Below are positions 1 to 9,999 of a DNA stretch of 64,000 bases, in pieces (positions within the stretch are counted from its first letter, which is position 1; the number at the start of each line of letters is the position of its first letter). The DNA is taken from positions 83,627-147,626 of the IMG/VR virus record IMGVR_UViG_3300042275_000327, one strand, 5' to 3'. This stretch comes from a virus (lineage: Duplodnaviria; Caudoviricetes). The translations under genes and the position numbers were made by a program. The notes under the pieces are model-generated. The model was not told the origin of the DNA and searched no databases. It was given only the letters and a program-made list of their open reading frames with translations.

Positions 1-1580
1 ACAATATCAAAAGAGTCTATAAACTCTCCTAGTTCTCTACCTTTTAGAATTGGAGATGGACCAACAAAGATAACTTTCTTATTATAAAGAAAACTATAGA
101 ATTCATCCTCTGAAGAAGAATTTGGATATCTCTTAGAAAATTTAGAATCAATGTTGATGTAAAAAAGCCATGTATCATCTCTATCAGATGTTAGTGGTTT
201 TGTCTTTAGAAGTGTAATCAGTTTTCCACAAGTTGAAGACATATGATAAGAAACACCCTTACCATAAATAGATCCACCTGTTTCTGAGATATCTTGAATA
301 AAAGATTTGAGCTCTTCTAATGAGAAAACCTTATCTTCTAAATTCTTATGTATGAGTCCCTTCTTTCTTTTTGACTTAAGATTCCAAAGATCATAAACAT
401 CCTTATATATAACATCATTTCTTGACTCTTCCTGCCAAGGTTTTACTCCAACAAAATGTAGAAGAACAGAATCATCATAGATATTCTTAAAACTCTTTGA
501 CAGGAACATTCTTTTTTCAACATTGAACTTCTTTGGAAGATAAGTCAAATAATTATTTTCTTTTAGAAAAAACAAGTTGATGATTTCTTGATCTGGGAGG
601 TAGAATCCTTTAGAACAATAGGAAACAAGAGTATCATAGATAGAATAAGACAACATCTTTAAATCTAAAACCATCACACCAGAATTTATCTCATTTGAAA
701 GAATATCTTTTTGAGATTTATACTGTCGACAAGCCCCAAGAATCTTACTTTGAAGAGATATATAAGTCAGCTCTTCCAAAGAACCTCTTACAAGAATATC
801 CATATCTACAAAGATGGCCCTCTCCATATAAGACTTATACAAAGAGGGATTGAAGAATTCTAATTTGTAGTATGTAGAAAGTAATCTTGATTCAGTTGAT
901 TCTATAGAAAAAGAATAAGACTCCTTACTAAAAGTCTTAAAGATGAGATTTGAATAAATATTCTTCATCTCTTCTTTAGTAGCATCACTGAGCCCATTAT
1001 CAAGTATGATAAATGTGTAAGAAAAATCTGGATCAGTCTCTTTCAAAGATCGGAAAAACCCTTTAAATCCTAAGAAAAAATTATCATCCATCAGAGTTAC
1101 AAAAACAGTCTCTCTTTTCTTTTCAGGATATCTGAGAAATAATTTTTTCTTTGAATCAAAACGAGAATCTTCTAGTATGCTATCATATTGCTTTTTAAAA
1201 TTAGATCCTTCAAGAGAGTGATTCTGATAGATATCCTCTCCACCAAAATCAAATCCATACAAATAAATTTCATCATAGTCTTCTAATAGAGCATCTAATA
1301 TAGCCTGATTGCCAGAACTCCATCCTCTGTCTTCCTTAAATTGTGAGATCCCTGGCAAACCTTCTCTTCCTACTAGTATAATCTTATTACTCTCTATGAA
1401 GGATTCATCCTGGAAGCTCTGCAGTACCTCTGAGTGAACACTGTAAACTCTTTTAATAGTAGGAAATTTATTGATCTCGTAGATACCTTTATTACAGACC
1501 CAAATCTCTTCAAACTCAGAGATCTCTTCTTCTAGATATTTTCTAGATATTCCATTCCCTACTATTGCAAGTTCTTTCAT
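1..1580 (-). CDS. Multi-domain glycosyltransferase (Maf/CstII-like + GT8 + start of GT29 sialyltransferase-like domain); partial, runs off window
   Basis: Not in ORF track; translated by hand from ATG 1580 (ATGA overlap with the upstream stop), open to position 1. N-domain: IVGNGIS..WVCN..SSGNQAI..IYLYGFDF. GT8 motifs: FVDMD, INSGVMV, PDQEIIN, HFVGVKPW. Then KVIFVGPSPILKGRELGEFIDSFDI, resembling sialylmotif L. Confidence 0.8.
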   Translation of the reverse strand, partial: MKELAIVGNGISRKYLEEEISEFEEIWVCNKGIYEINKFPTIKRVYSVHSEVLQSFQDESFIESNKIILVGREGLPGISQFKEDRGWSSGNQAILDALLEDYDEIYLYGFDFGGEDIYQNHSLEGSNFKKQYDSILEDSRFDSKKKLFLRYPEKKRETVFVTLMDDNFFLGFKGFFRSLKETDPDFSYTFIILDNGLSDATKEEMKNIYSNLIFKTFSKESYSFSIESTESRLLSTYYKLEFFNPSLYKSYMERAIFVDMDILVRGSLEELTYISLQSKILGACRQYKSQKDILSNEINSGVMVLDLKMLSYSIYDTLVSYCSKGFYLPDQEIINLFFLKENNYLTYLPKKFNVEKRMFLSKSFKNIYDDSVLLHFVGVKPWQEESRNDVIYKDVYDLWNLKSKRKKGLIHKNLEDKVFSLEELKSFIQDISETGGSIYGKGVSYHMSSTCGKLITLLKTKPLTSDRDDTWLFYINIDSKFSKRYPNSSSEDEFYSFLYNKKVIFVGPSPILKGRELGEFIDSFDI

Positions 1581-2086
1581 TTTGTCAGAACCTTATAAAG
1601 AAGATAGTCTTCAAAATCTAAAGTCTGATCTTCAGAAACAGGACTTTCAGAGAACTCATCTATGTAAGAATCAAATTCTTTTCCTTTCACTGTTGTCTTC
1701 TTTCCTAGTGGATCTGTCACAAAAGCTCTTTTAGAGGTGATATCTAACTCTATTTTAGAACCATTCATCTTCTCTTTCTTTACAAAAGCCTTTATCTTCT
1801 TTGAACTTTCTTCTTCATTCATAGATTTCTTTACAAATTCAGTTGACTCGTAGAAATTCAAAAAAATCTTTTTGTATTGAGGAGCTATAGCAATCTTTTC
1901 CAAAAGCTTCTTTTCTGCTTTTCTGACCAGAAGATCAAAAGTATTATCTGATACAATAACATCTCCTGTATCTCCAAAAATAAGTTGATACTCAAAAGTC
2001 TCTTCTGAAAAAACAATCTGGTATACTCTGCTATCTGATTCTAGATATGGAACGTTGTCATAAGCTCTACTGATATGAAATGTCAT
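1577..2086 (-). CDS. Hypothetical protein
   Basis: 169-aa ORF with AGGAG RBS. Confidence 0.7.
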   Translation of the reverse strand: MTFHISRAYDNVPYLESDSRVYQIVFSEETFEYQLIFGDTGDVIVSDNTFDLLVRKAEKKLLEKIAIAPQYKKIFLNFYESTEFVKKSMNEEESSKKIKAFVKKEKMNGSKIELDITSKRAFVTDPLGKKTTVKGKEFDSYIDEFSESPVSEDQTLDFEDYLLYKVLTK

Positions 2087-2124
2087 AATTATTCTCCTAT
2101 TAAAATATTACTAATAAAATAGTT

Positions 2125-3993
2125 CTAGATTGCTGAAAGATTGAAAGCTCTACCTTCCAAGAAGTCCTTTCTAGAGCCACTCTCTCCACTGGACATCCAC
2201 TCTTTTATTATCTTTTCACTATCTGATGTTCTCTCAAATTGTACAAGAAAATCTTCCATTGTACCAACTTTCTCAATAATCTTTTTTAGAACTTCTGGTT
2301 CAAAAGATCCTAATCCCTTGTAATAATCTATTCTATGAAATTTTGTTTTTGAACTCTTCATATAATCATCAATATTAAAAAACCATTCTATGGGATCATC
2401 CTTCTTATTAAAAGCAACAAGAAGAGGTGTGTTCATAAAACATATCCTTCCATCCTCGATCATTTTAGGAGTAAATTTATGGAAGAAAGTCAAGAGCAAA
2501 GATCTGATGTGGATCCCATCCATATCCTGGTCCGACAAAAAAACAACCTTATCATACTCCATATCTGTATTTTTATCAAGAAGATCCAGGTTTAGAATAT
2601 CTACAATATCCTTGAACTCTTTATTTTTGATCATTTTAGATACTGGAACATTGAAAGTATTCAATGGTTTTCCTCTAAGAGAATAGTAAGCAATGTCTCT
2701 TCTACCAAGAATATTCCACATTGAACTTGTTGCAGAATAACCTTCTGTAAGCATCAAATATTTCTTATCCCCAATGGGAGGAAAATATGATTCACTAGAG
2801 ACTTTCTTCTTAGAATTTGAAAGATTTTTCAGAGCTTGTTTCTTTTTGAATTCTTCTTTTAGCTTGAACATCTCAACAATAGGCTCTAGAATCAGTTCAT
2901 TCTTTTGTAGTCTCTTAGTCATAGCAAGAAAATCATCATTAGAAAGATCAAGGTATTTTCTTATTTCAGCAACAGAATTTGTGAGAGTCTCTTTGGTCTG
3001 AGAATCAAATTGCATAGATGGAAAATCATTGAAGAAGACAACAATAGAAAGTTTATTCTTAATATCTCCAGGCTTGATGGTCTTGAATTTTTTTACTAAA
3101 AGATCTCTTAGCTTATAAGAAAACTCATTGGAAATAAGATCTACATGAGTTCCCCCTCTCTTTAAATAAAGACCATTCACATAAGAGAAAAAAGAAAAGT
3201 CTTCTTCCTCATTAGGATAAATCCCTATGAACCATTTATCTCCTGTGAATAGCTCAAATGTTTCTGAAAACATAGACATAAATTGTTTTGAATTACCAAT
3301 CGATACTCTCTTGTCATTAAAGTAAAACTTAATTTTTGGAAAGGAGTATGAAAGAAACAATATTCTCTGGTAGATCATATTGATGTGATCTTTATCTATC
3401 TCAGACAATCCAAAACGCTCCAGGTCAGGCTGAAAATGTACTTTAGTATAATTACTTGAATTCTTTCTTATCGAGTGCTCTGTAGTCTCCATATTATCTT
3501 TGCAAGTCAGAGATAACTTATTCTTACCATCACTAGTCTCAGCTTCGAACAACTTGGAAAAAATATTAGTTGCTTTGATTCCAATTCCATGAGTACCAAT
3601 AGAAGATGTTCCCTCATCTACTTTATCAAAATTACTTCCTGCTCTAGCATTACAAAATGCCATGATAGGCATATATTCTTTTGTCTCTTTAGATCTTGTT
3701 ACAGGAATTCCTCTACCGTTGTCTTCAATTGTAACATCTTTTTCAGAAATTGAAATTCGTATTTTATTTCCGAACTTAAAATTTGTCTTAACTGCTTCAT
3801 CCAAAGAGTTATCAATTGCTTCATTGATGATCTTCAAAAGTGCAGGAACATACTTGACTTTTTCTTTTTGAAATTTTCCATCTTTCAGTATCATCTCATC
3901 TGATTCAGAGAGTGACATTGATCCTAGATACATTCCAGGTAATAAAAGAATATGGCTTCTAGCATCTAATTCTTTAATAAGTGCTTGTTTCAT
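2125..3993 (-). CDS. Type II DNA topoisomerase ATPase/Toprim subunit (T4 gp39+60 / GyrB-like)
   Basis: GHKL motifs EAIDNSLDE, DNGRGIP, GTHGIG; Toprim EGYSA, LRGK, DQDMDG, YYKGLG. Confidence 0.95.
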   Translation of the reverse strand: MKQALIKELDARSHILLLPGMYLGSMSLSESDEMILKDGKFQKEKVKYVPALLKIINEAIDNSLDEAVKTNFKFGNKIRISISEKDVTIEDNGRGIPVTRSKETKEYMPIMAFCNARAGSNFDKVDEGTSSIGTHGIGIKATNIFSKLFEAETSDGKNKLSLTCKDNMETTEHSIRKNSSNYTKVHFQPDLERFGLSEIDKDHINMIYQRILFLSYSFPKIKFYFNDKRVSIGNSKQFMSMFSETFELFTGDKWFIGIYPNEEEDFSFFSYVNGLYLKRGGTHVDLISNEFSYKLRDLLVKKFKTIKPGDIKNKLSIVVFFNDFPSMQFDSQTKETLTNSVAEIRKYLDLSNDDFLAMTKRLQKNELILEPIVEMFKLKEEFKKKQALKNLSNSKKKVSSESYFPPIGDKKYLMLTEGYSATSSMWNILGRRDIAYYSLRGKPLNTFNVPVSKMIKNKEFKDIVDILNLDLLDKNTDMEYDKVVFLSDQDMDGIHIRSLLLTFFHKFTPKMIEDGRICFMNTPLLVAFNKKDDPIEWFFNIDDYMKSSKTKFHRIDYYKGLGSFEPEVLKKIIEKVGTMEDFLVQFERTSDSEKIIKEWMSSGESGSRKDFLEGRAFNLSAI

Positions 3994-4005
3994 CTTTACT
4001 CCAAT

Positions 4006-4623
4006 CTATACAATCGCATTTGAATAAATAGTAGTCAACTCATTCTTAGTTGATCTAATGAATTTATACACTTTCATATAATTCATTTTCATTCTTTCTG
4101 AGATATCTTTCACAGACACATCCTCCATATACATCTGAAGAATTTGTCTTTTCTTTTCTGGTTGCTCACTGACATATTTTTGTACAATGCTTGATACAAC
4201 TTTAGTTTTCAATTGATCATCAAAATCAATAGCTGTCTTGGAATTAAATGCTTTTTTCAATCCTGAGGTTGATTCATCTACTTCATCCTTCGATTCCATA
4301 GAGGAAAGATAGATTGGAATTCCCATGTGAGCAAGTTCTCTTTGATTTTTGTTCTTAATCTTCAGAAGAAAAAAATAGAAGCTTGTTCCAAAATTGGACT
4401 CTGAATTTTCCATCTTTTCAAGATCAATGTATTCGATACAATCTATAAAAGAAAAGAAAGCTTCTTGTTTATAGTCCTCAAGAGAGAGTCCAATATCATT
4501 GAAGAATTTTGCATTCTTGAAAAAAGAAGAAGCTACTTTTGCTTGGTATTTTTCCCAAAGCAAATTTCTGATTTCAAGATCATTTTCATTTTTGATTCTT
4601 TTGAGCATTTCTAAGTCGGTCAT
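4006..4623 (-). CDS. RNA polymerase sigma-70-like factor
   Basis: Region-2-like LEDYKQEAF and C-terminal HTH (VSVKDISERMKMNYMKV). Confidence 0.7.
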   Translation of the reverse strand: MTDLEMLKRIKNENDLEIRNLLWEKYQAKVASSFFKNAKFFNDIGLSLEDYKQEAFFSFIDCIEYIDLEKMENSESNFGTSFYFFLLKIKNKNQRELAHMGIPIYLSSMESKDEVDESTSGLKKAFNSKTAIDFDDQLKTKVVSSIVQKYVSEQPEKKRQILQMYMEDVSVKDISERMKMNYMKVYKFIRSTKNELTTIYSNAIV

Positions 4624-4674
4624 ATTTGTCCTCCACAGCAGATTATATATTTAACTATATACTAGATCTTGAAA

Positions 4675-5979
4675 TTAGTAAACCAAAATTTTACATCTAG
4701 TCAAAACAGTTTGCTTTTGTTCTTTAAAGATTTCAAGATTTTTGATTGTCCCTTTAAGAGTAACATCCATTCCTTCATTCTTCAACTTTTCATTGTAAGC
4801 AATCATCTTCTCAACTAATTCCTGATAATCAAATTCTCCCTTTTTCTCTAGATCTTTGGATGCCATCTCTTCAGAGAGATCCTTTGAGGAGAACCATTTA
4901 GCAAGTCCTCTTTCTGTCTCAATCTGATAAAGATAAGTGATTCCATCTTGTCCATATCCATAATTTGTATTGAAACTGTTGATAAGCTTTATGTTTCCTG
5001 TGATGGTTATCTTATCTTTGATCTCTCCAAGAAACTCTGAATTATTCTTGTCCTCTTTGACTAATGAATCTTTAATTGCCATATTCAAAGCTTTCCAGAA
5101 AGCCCAGCAGACAATTCCAAGATTCTTTGAAGGAACCTTCATATTGAATTCTGAGTTTGAATAGAGATTAGAGAAGATATTGAATTCAAAATCATTTGTA
5201 TAACCTTTTTTGATATCCCAGAACTTCTTGATTGTCTCAATCTGCTTCTCTACATTTTTGGAGTTTCTCTGAATGTCTTTCCTAATTTCTTCTCTATTTC
5301 CTACACTGAAAATGATATTCTTAACAAGACTAGAAGTACCTTCTTCTCCTTTCTCCCAATTTCTTGAAAAATCATTGGTTACACTACTGAGAATTCCTAA
5401 GACTTCTTTCACTGAGATGTAGCTATTAGAAGTGAAGAATCTATTTCTAAGGAGTTCTCTCTCTTCTTCATCTAGATCTGAAAAATCAAGTGTAGTCTCA
5501 TTGATTCTGAGAGCTTTAGTCTCAGCTTCAAAAGCTCCGAGGATCCCCTCAAGAGGAATACCAAAATACTCAAGAACACAAGTTGATCCAATCTGCTTGA
5601 TCTGTCCCTCATCCTCAAAGAAGAACCACTTCTTCCTATCCCTAGAAGTATGACAATGATCACAGACTGAGCCTTTTTTGTAGAGCTTATGAATATCATA
5701 TCTGTCAGTATTTGAATAAATCATAGGAACTCCACTATTGTAAGATAGAGTTCCTAAAAATTCTACATTCTCTTTTCCATTAGTCTCAGGAATTTCAAGA
5801 AAGTATTCTACTACTGGAAAATTAACATTAACTGTAGCTGTCTCAAGAAGTTGAAAACCTTTTTTATGAGAGATAACTCTAATCTCTGAATCATACTTCT
5901 GGAGTTTCTTATTCAGAGAAGTCATCTTCTTCTGAAACTTTTTGAGATCTTCTTCTAGAATTACAAGGTTCATAATCAT
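4675..5979 (-). CDS. Conserved phage protein with Zn-binding motif and C-terminal OB-like segment
   Basis: CDHC..RDRK..QIGSTC motif; C-terminus KQTVLTRCK; follows an early-type promoter. Confidence 0.6.
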   Translation of the reverse strand: MIMNLVILEEDLKKFQKKMTSLNKKLQKYDSEIRVISHKKGFQLLETATVNVNFPVVEYFLEIPETNGKENVEFLGTLSYNSGVPMIYSNTDRYDIHKLYKKGSVCDHCHTSRDRKKWFFFEDEGQIKQIGSTCVLEYFGIPLEGILGAFEAETKALRINETTLDFSDLDEEERELLRNRFFTSNSYISVKEVLGILSSVTNDFSRNWEKGEEGTSSLVKNIIFSVGNREEIRKDIQRNSKNVEKQIETIKKFWDIKKGYTNDFEFNIFSNLYSNSEFNMKVPSKNLGIVCWAFWKALNMAIKDSLVKEDKNNSEFLGEIKDKITITGNIKLINSFNTNYGYGQDGITYLYQIETERGLAKWFSSKDLSEEMASKDLEKKGEFDYQELVEKMIAYNEKLKNEGMDVTLKGTIKNLEIFKEQKQTVLTRCKILVY

Positions 5980-5989
5980 CTTTGATTCT

Positions 5990-6030
5990 CCTTACATTAA
6001 TATACTATACTATTTTCTTACTAATGTAAA
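5990..6030 (-). promoter_or_regulatory. Sigma70-like early promoter
   Basis: TTTACA-17nt-TAGTAT followed by ATTAATGTAAGG; near-identical element at 43618. Confidence 0.7.
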
Positions 6031-6040
6031 TAGAAAAAAT

Positions 6041-6481
6041 TTATTTTTTTCCTGTTGATCCAAAACCTCCAGATCCTCTCTCAGTTTCTTCAAGGGATTC
6101 TACCTCAACAAAAGCAGTTTCCTGTGTGTATGTTCTGCAGATAACTAACTGAGCAACTCTATCACCAACATCAACATAAAAAGGTTTGTCAGAGGAATTA
6201 AAAAGAATTACTCCTATCTCCCCACGATAATCACAGTCGAGAGTCCCAGGACTGTTCAGAACCATTATTCCTTTTTTAAGAGCCAATCCAGACCTAGATC
6301 TAATCTGCCCTTCATATCCTTCTGGAATCTTCACATGAAGACCAGTCTTCACAAGAACAGCTTTTCCTGGACTGATCTTATGGACATTATTACTTCTGAG
6401 ATCAATTCCAGAGGAACCAGAAGTCTCTGGTTTCAACTCAAATTTCTGACTTGTACTGTCAAAATAATACTTTACTTCCAT
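6041..6481 (-). CDS. dut: dUTPase (trimeric)
   Basis: GIDL, RSRSGLA, GTLDCDYRGEI, RGSGGFGSTG. Confidence 0.97.
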   Translation of the reverse strand: MEVKYYFDSTSQKFELKPETSGSSGIDLRSNNVHKISPGKAVLVKTGLHVKIPEGYEGQIRSRSGLALKKGIMVLNSPGTLDCDYRGEIGVILFNSSDKPFYVDVGDRVAQLVICRTYTQETAFVEVESLEETERGSGGFGSTGKK

Positions 6482-6493
6482 CTCTATCTTCTC

Positions 6494-8998
6494 CTATTCT
6501 TTTACTTCTTTTCCAAATCCCCAGACTTCTCCAAGCTCTGGATCTGAAATTTCTAATTCAAATTCCATATGAACACCTTCATACTCTTCATACTGTCTTT
6601 GGAATATATCTAATATTGTTTTTACCATAAAGCTTCTTTCATCCTTATGTATATAAAATCCCACAGCATCATGAATCATTCCAAAGATTCTAGATTTCCA
6701 ATTATTCTTCTTTACTAACTCATGAAACTCTCTCATTCCTCTCATGATTGCAACTGACTCAAAATTTTGAACAGGACTATTTTTACTTATATTCTGATCT
6801 TCTGAAATCTCTTTTCTATCAGTATCTTTTCCAATATAAGTGAGTCTAGGAAGAAGTCTCCTAGCACCAAATGGTGATCTTATCATTCCATATTTCTTAG
6901 CTGTCTCATGACATTTATCATGCCATTCTAAGAGCTTTGGATATTTCTTAAAGAAGGTATTTCTAATGTATTCTGCTGCTTCTAAGAATGGATCATCCGA
7001 ATTTGTATCTAGATTCATCTCTTTTAAAAAATTTAAACAAAAATCTAAATCCCATTCTGCTCTCAATTTATCATTAGCAAATGACCATGCAGATCCACCA
7101 AAAAGAAAACCAAAATTTACATTTTTTGCTATTCCTCTCTGAGTCTTGTATGGTTCCTGTTTCTTTACTTCTAGAAATTGTTCAATAGTCCAATCCTGAT
7201 GAAAAATAGCAATAGCAGTCATCGAGTGAACATCACCACCATACTTTGTAAAAGCATCTTTCAAATTCTGATCACCAGAAAGAACAGCAGCAATCCTAAG
7301 CTGAAAACCTGCAAAATCACCTTCTGACAAATAATATTTTCCTTGTTCTGGTGCTACAAATATTTTTCTATATTCTTTTGAAAATTCTGTTTTCTTTGGA
7401 ACTTGCTGAAGATTGGGAGATTTACATTTATTCCTATGAGATTGTGCAAGCATTACACTGTAAGTTGGATGAATGCTATTGGTACTCTTGTTTCTATATT
7501 CCCAATAAGCAGAATTATTTTGTTCCTCTCCAATAAAGGTGTTTATCTGAGTCGTAAGAGATCGATAACCAATTAACTTATCAACAACTGAATATCCTAA
7601 TTTCTTCCATTTCAGAAGAACATCTTCATTTGTTAGATAATATCCATCTTTAGACCTTAGACCAAGATCAGGAAGTTTTAGATCGTTCTCTAGTGCCAAT
7701 CCCAGATCTTTTGCTGAGGACAAATTAACAGGGACTCCCATTTCATCATGTATCTCTCTTGTTAGATCTTCCAACTCCTTATCTTTCTTAATCTTCATTT
7801 CTTTCAAAAGATCCCAATTGATCACAACCCCATTCAGTTCTATATCAACATAAAGATTCAGATTTGGAACAACTTCTTTGAAATAATATGAATATAACTG
7901 AGGATCCAAAGAAAGTTTTTCTATTTGTTTTTTATATGCTTGATAACAGATTATAGCATCTTTTGTTGCATATTCAGACAGGATGCTGATTGGAATCTGG
8001 GAATAGTTTACCAATTTTGGATGTTTCACCTTATACTTTTGAAGTTCAATCTCATGACCTCCATAATAAGTATACATCCAACCATGAGCACTCAATGCAT
8101 TAGACGCTGTCTCATTCAGACAATGACCAGCACTGAGAGTATCAAAGTCTACCTTAACATTAGTAACACCAAGATTTCTCAGGAACTTACAGTCAAATTT
8201 TAAATTTGCTCCAATCTGATATTTTCCCTTCAGGAACTCATTTAAGATTTTCAAATCTATCTTGGAAAAATCAAAATAATATCCTGTGATACCATCAAAA
8301 GACATAGTCATACAAATTATTTTATCTTTAAAATAAAAGAATCCACTAGTCTCTAGATCCCATGCTACCTCAGTAACTTTATCTTTCATCTCTAAAAGAA
8401 ATTCATTAGGATCTTCTATGATCTCAACTTTTAAAGAAGGAATTCTTATTTTTTCTATATTAAAATCATAAGCTTTTCTTATTTGTTTAAAAAAGAAAAA
8501 ACTATAGAAGTTATCAAGAAATCTCTTTTCTTCAAAAGATGCAAACTTGTAAATATCATCCACAGGAAATACATAGCTCTTAGTATCTGGATAATAAAAA
8601 TATGTATCTACATAATCATATGGATAAAAAGCAGAAGCATTGAATGTAGTCTCTAATGTAAATGTATAAATGGATCTTCCCAAACAGATAATCTTTGATC
8701 CATTAGGAATATACTTTTTATAATCCAGAGAATAACTGTACATGAACTTTGTAACATTCTTTGTTAAATCTTTCTCTCTTGGTTTAAACTTAAAAGAATA
8801 TAATAAAGCAAATTGAGGAGCATCATATTTGAATACCTTCTGAAGAGCATTATGGATAAAGCTTACTTGTCTCTTATTTGTACTATCTGTAACAAAATAT
8901 AATTCTGGATTTTCATCTGTATAGATAAAGGGATCTTTTATGATATCATTCTGTCTGTTCAATGGGACAGATGTATCTACTTTCTTGAAAAAACTCAC
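6494..8998 (-). CDS. polA: DNA polymerase family A with 3'-5' exonuclease and N-terminal UDG-like extension
   Basis: Exo motifs DLETSG and NLKFD; PNLQQVP; motif A DFAGFQLR; motif B RGIAKNVNFGFLFG; motif C IHDAV. Confidence 0.93.
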   Translation of the reverse strand: MSFFKKVDTSVPLNRQNDIIKDPFIYTDENPELYFVTDSTNKRQVSFIHNALQKVFKYDAPQFALLYSFKFKPREKDLTKNVTKFMYSYSLDYKKYIPNGSKIICLGRSIYTFTLETTFNASAFYPYDYVDTYFYYPDTKSYVFPVDDIYKFASFEEKRFLDNFYSFFFFKQIRKAYDFNIEKIRIPSLKVEIIEDPNEFLLEMKDKVTEVAWDLETSGFFYFKDKIICMTMSFDGITGYYFDFSKIDLKILNEFLKGKYQIGANLKFDCKFLRNLGVTNVKVDFDTLSAGHCLNETASNALSAHGWMYTYYGGHEIELQKYKVKHPKLVNYSQIPISILSEYATKDAIICYQAYKKQIEKLSLDPQLYSYYFKEVVPNLNLYVDIELNGVVINWDLLKEMKIKKDKELEDLTREIHDEMGVPVNLSSAKDLGLALENDLKLPDLGLRSKDGYYLTNEDVLLKWKKLGYSVVDKLIGYRSLTTQINTFIGEEQNNSAYWEYRNKSTNSIHPTYSVMLAQSHRNKCKSPNLQQVPKKTEFSKEYRKIFVAPEQGKYYLSEGDFAGFQLRIAAVLSGDQNLKDAFTKYGGDVHSMTAIAIFHQDWTIEQFLEVKKQEPYKTQRGIAKNVNFGFLFGGSAWSFANDKLRAEWDLDFCLNFLKEMNLDTNSDDPFLEAAEYIRNTFFKKYPKLLEWHDKCHETAKKYGMIRSPFGARRLLPRLTYIGKDTDRKEISEDQNISKNSPVQNFESVAIMRGMREFHELVKKNNWKSRIFGMIHDAVGFYIHKDERSFMVKTILDIFQRQYEEYEGVHMEFELEISDPELGEVWGFGKEVKE

Positions 8999-9978
8999 AA
9001 TTCAACCTCTTCAAATGCAGACTTTGGATCTTCAGGATCATATTTATCATTATATGTAAAAGCAAGGTTTTCTTTCTCTAAAAACATAAATGAGTCTTCT
9101 ATACTAATAGATCCACCAGCTGCAGCATCATGTCCATTTGCAACACCTAGATCATTACAATTAAATCCATTCTTTGATCTGAAAGACAACTTTCCACTCA
9201 ATCCTCCCCAAGTATTGAATGCAACAACATAATCTAGATTTTCTTCTTCTTTGAGAATTCTAGAACATACAAGAGAAATCTTGGACTTTATTGGAAAGAC
9301 TCCAAATAATTTTCCCTTACTGTCAACACGTATTTGCATCTTATCTTTTGCATACAGATACATGTCTTCTTCTCTCTTATTAGATCGTTCAATGATCTCT
9401 AATTCTTGTCGTGTTTCTACCCAATGAGGAAAATTTCTTATTTTTCTTTCAAAGAAATCATAAAACGGAATAGTAGCATCTAGACTATTCTCTGCTTTCC
9501 AATCTTTCATCCCCATAAGAACACTATTCAGGTTTTTTGCTTTTTCCCAAAGATCTGATTCATCCTTCCACAAATCATAGGTATCAACAAGTTCAACAAA
9601 CTCATCAATAATTGGAAGATATCTCTTTACTCTAGGAATTACATAATCTTGCCAGAAAATCTTTGTTCCACATCGATTAAGATCAAATGAAGAATCTCTG
9701 TCCTCCTCTAGCCAATCAGCTTTTGAGTGATGATCATAAATTTCTACATGAATATCAAAAGATCTCAATTCTTCTGTTTTCTCTTTTGGTATTGAAAGAT
9801 CAGAAAAAATGATTGTATTGAATGTTTTCATGTAGTTCCATTTTTCTTCATCTTCTTCAAAATTATAATCTTCTGACATCATTGAAGTAAATTTAAGTTT
9901 TTCATTAAAAAATCTAGCAATAGCTATACAGGCGTGACCATCGAGGTCAAGATGAGAGACTAATAATTTTCTTTCCAT
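8995..9978 (-). CDS. DHH/DHHA1 phosphoesterase
   Basis: HLDLDG, SDL, YDHH, GHDAAAG. Confidence 0.9.
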   Translation of the reverse strand: MERKLLVSHLDLDGHACIAIARFFNEKLKFTSMMSEDYNFEEDEEKWNYMKTFNTIIFSDLSIPKEKTEELRSFDIHVEIYDHHSKADWLEEDRDSSFDLNRCGTKIFWQDYVIPRVKRYLPIIDEFVELVDTYDLWKDESDLWEKAKNLNSVLMGMKDWKAENSLDATIPFYDFFERKIRNFPHWVETRQELEIIERSNKREEDMYLYAKDKMQIRVDSKGKLFGVFPIKSKISLVCSRILKEEENLDYVVAFNTWGGLSGKLSFRSKNGFNCNDLGVANGHDAAAGGSISIEDSFMFLEKENLAFTYNDKYDPEDPKSAFEEVEL

Positions 9979-9999
9979 ATATACAGTATACTCCCTAAT

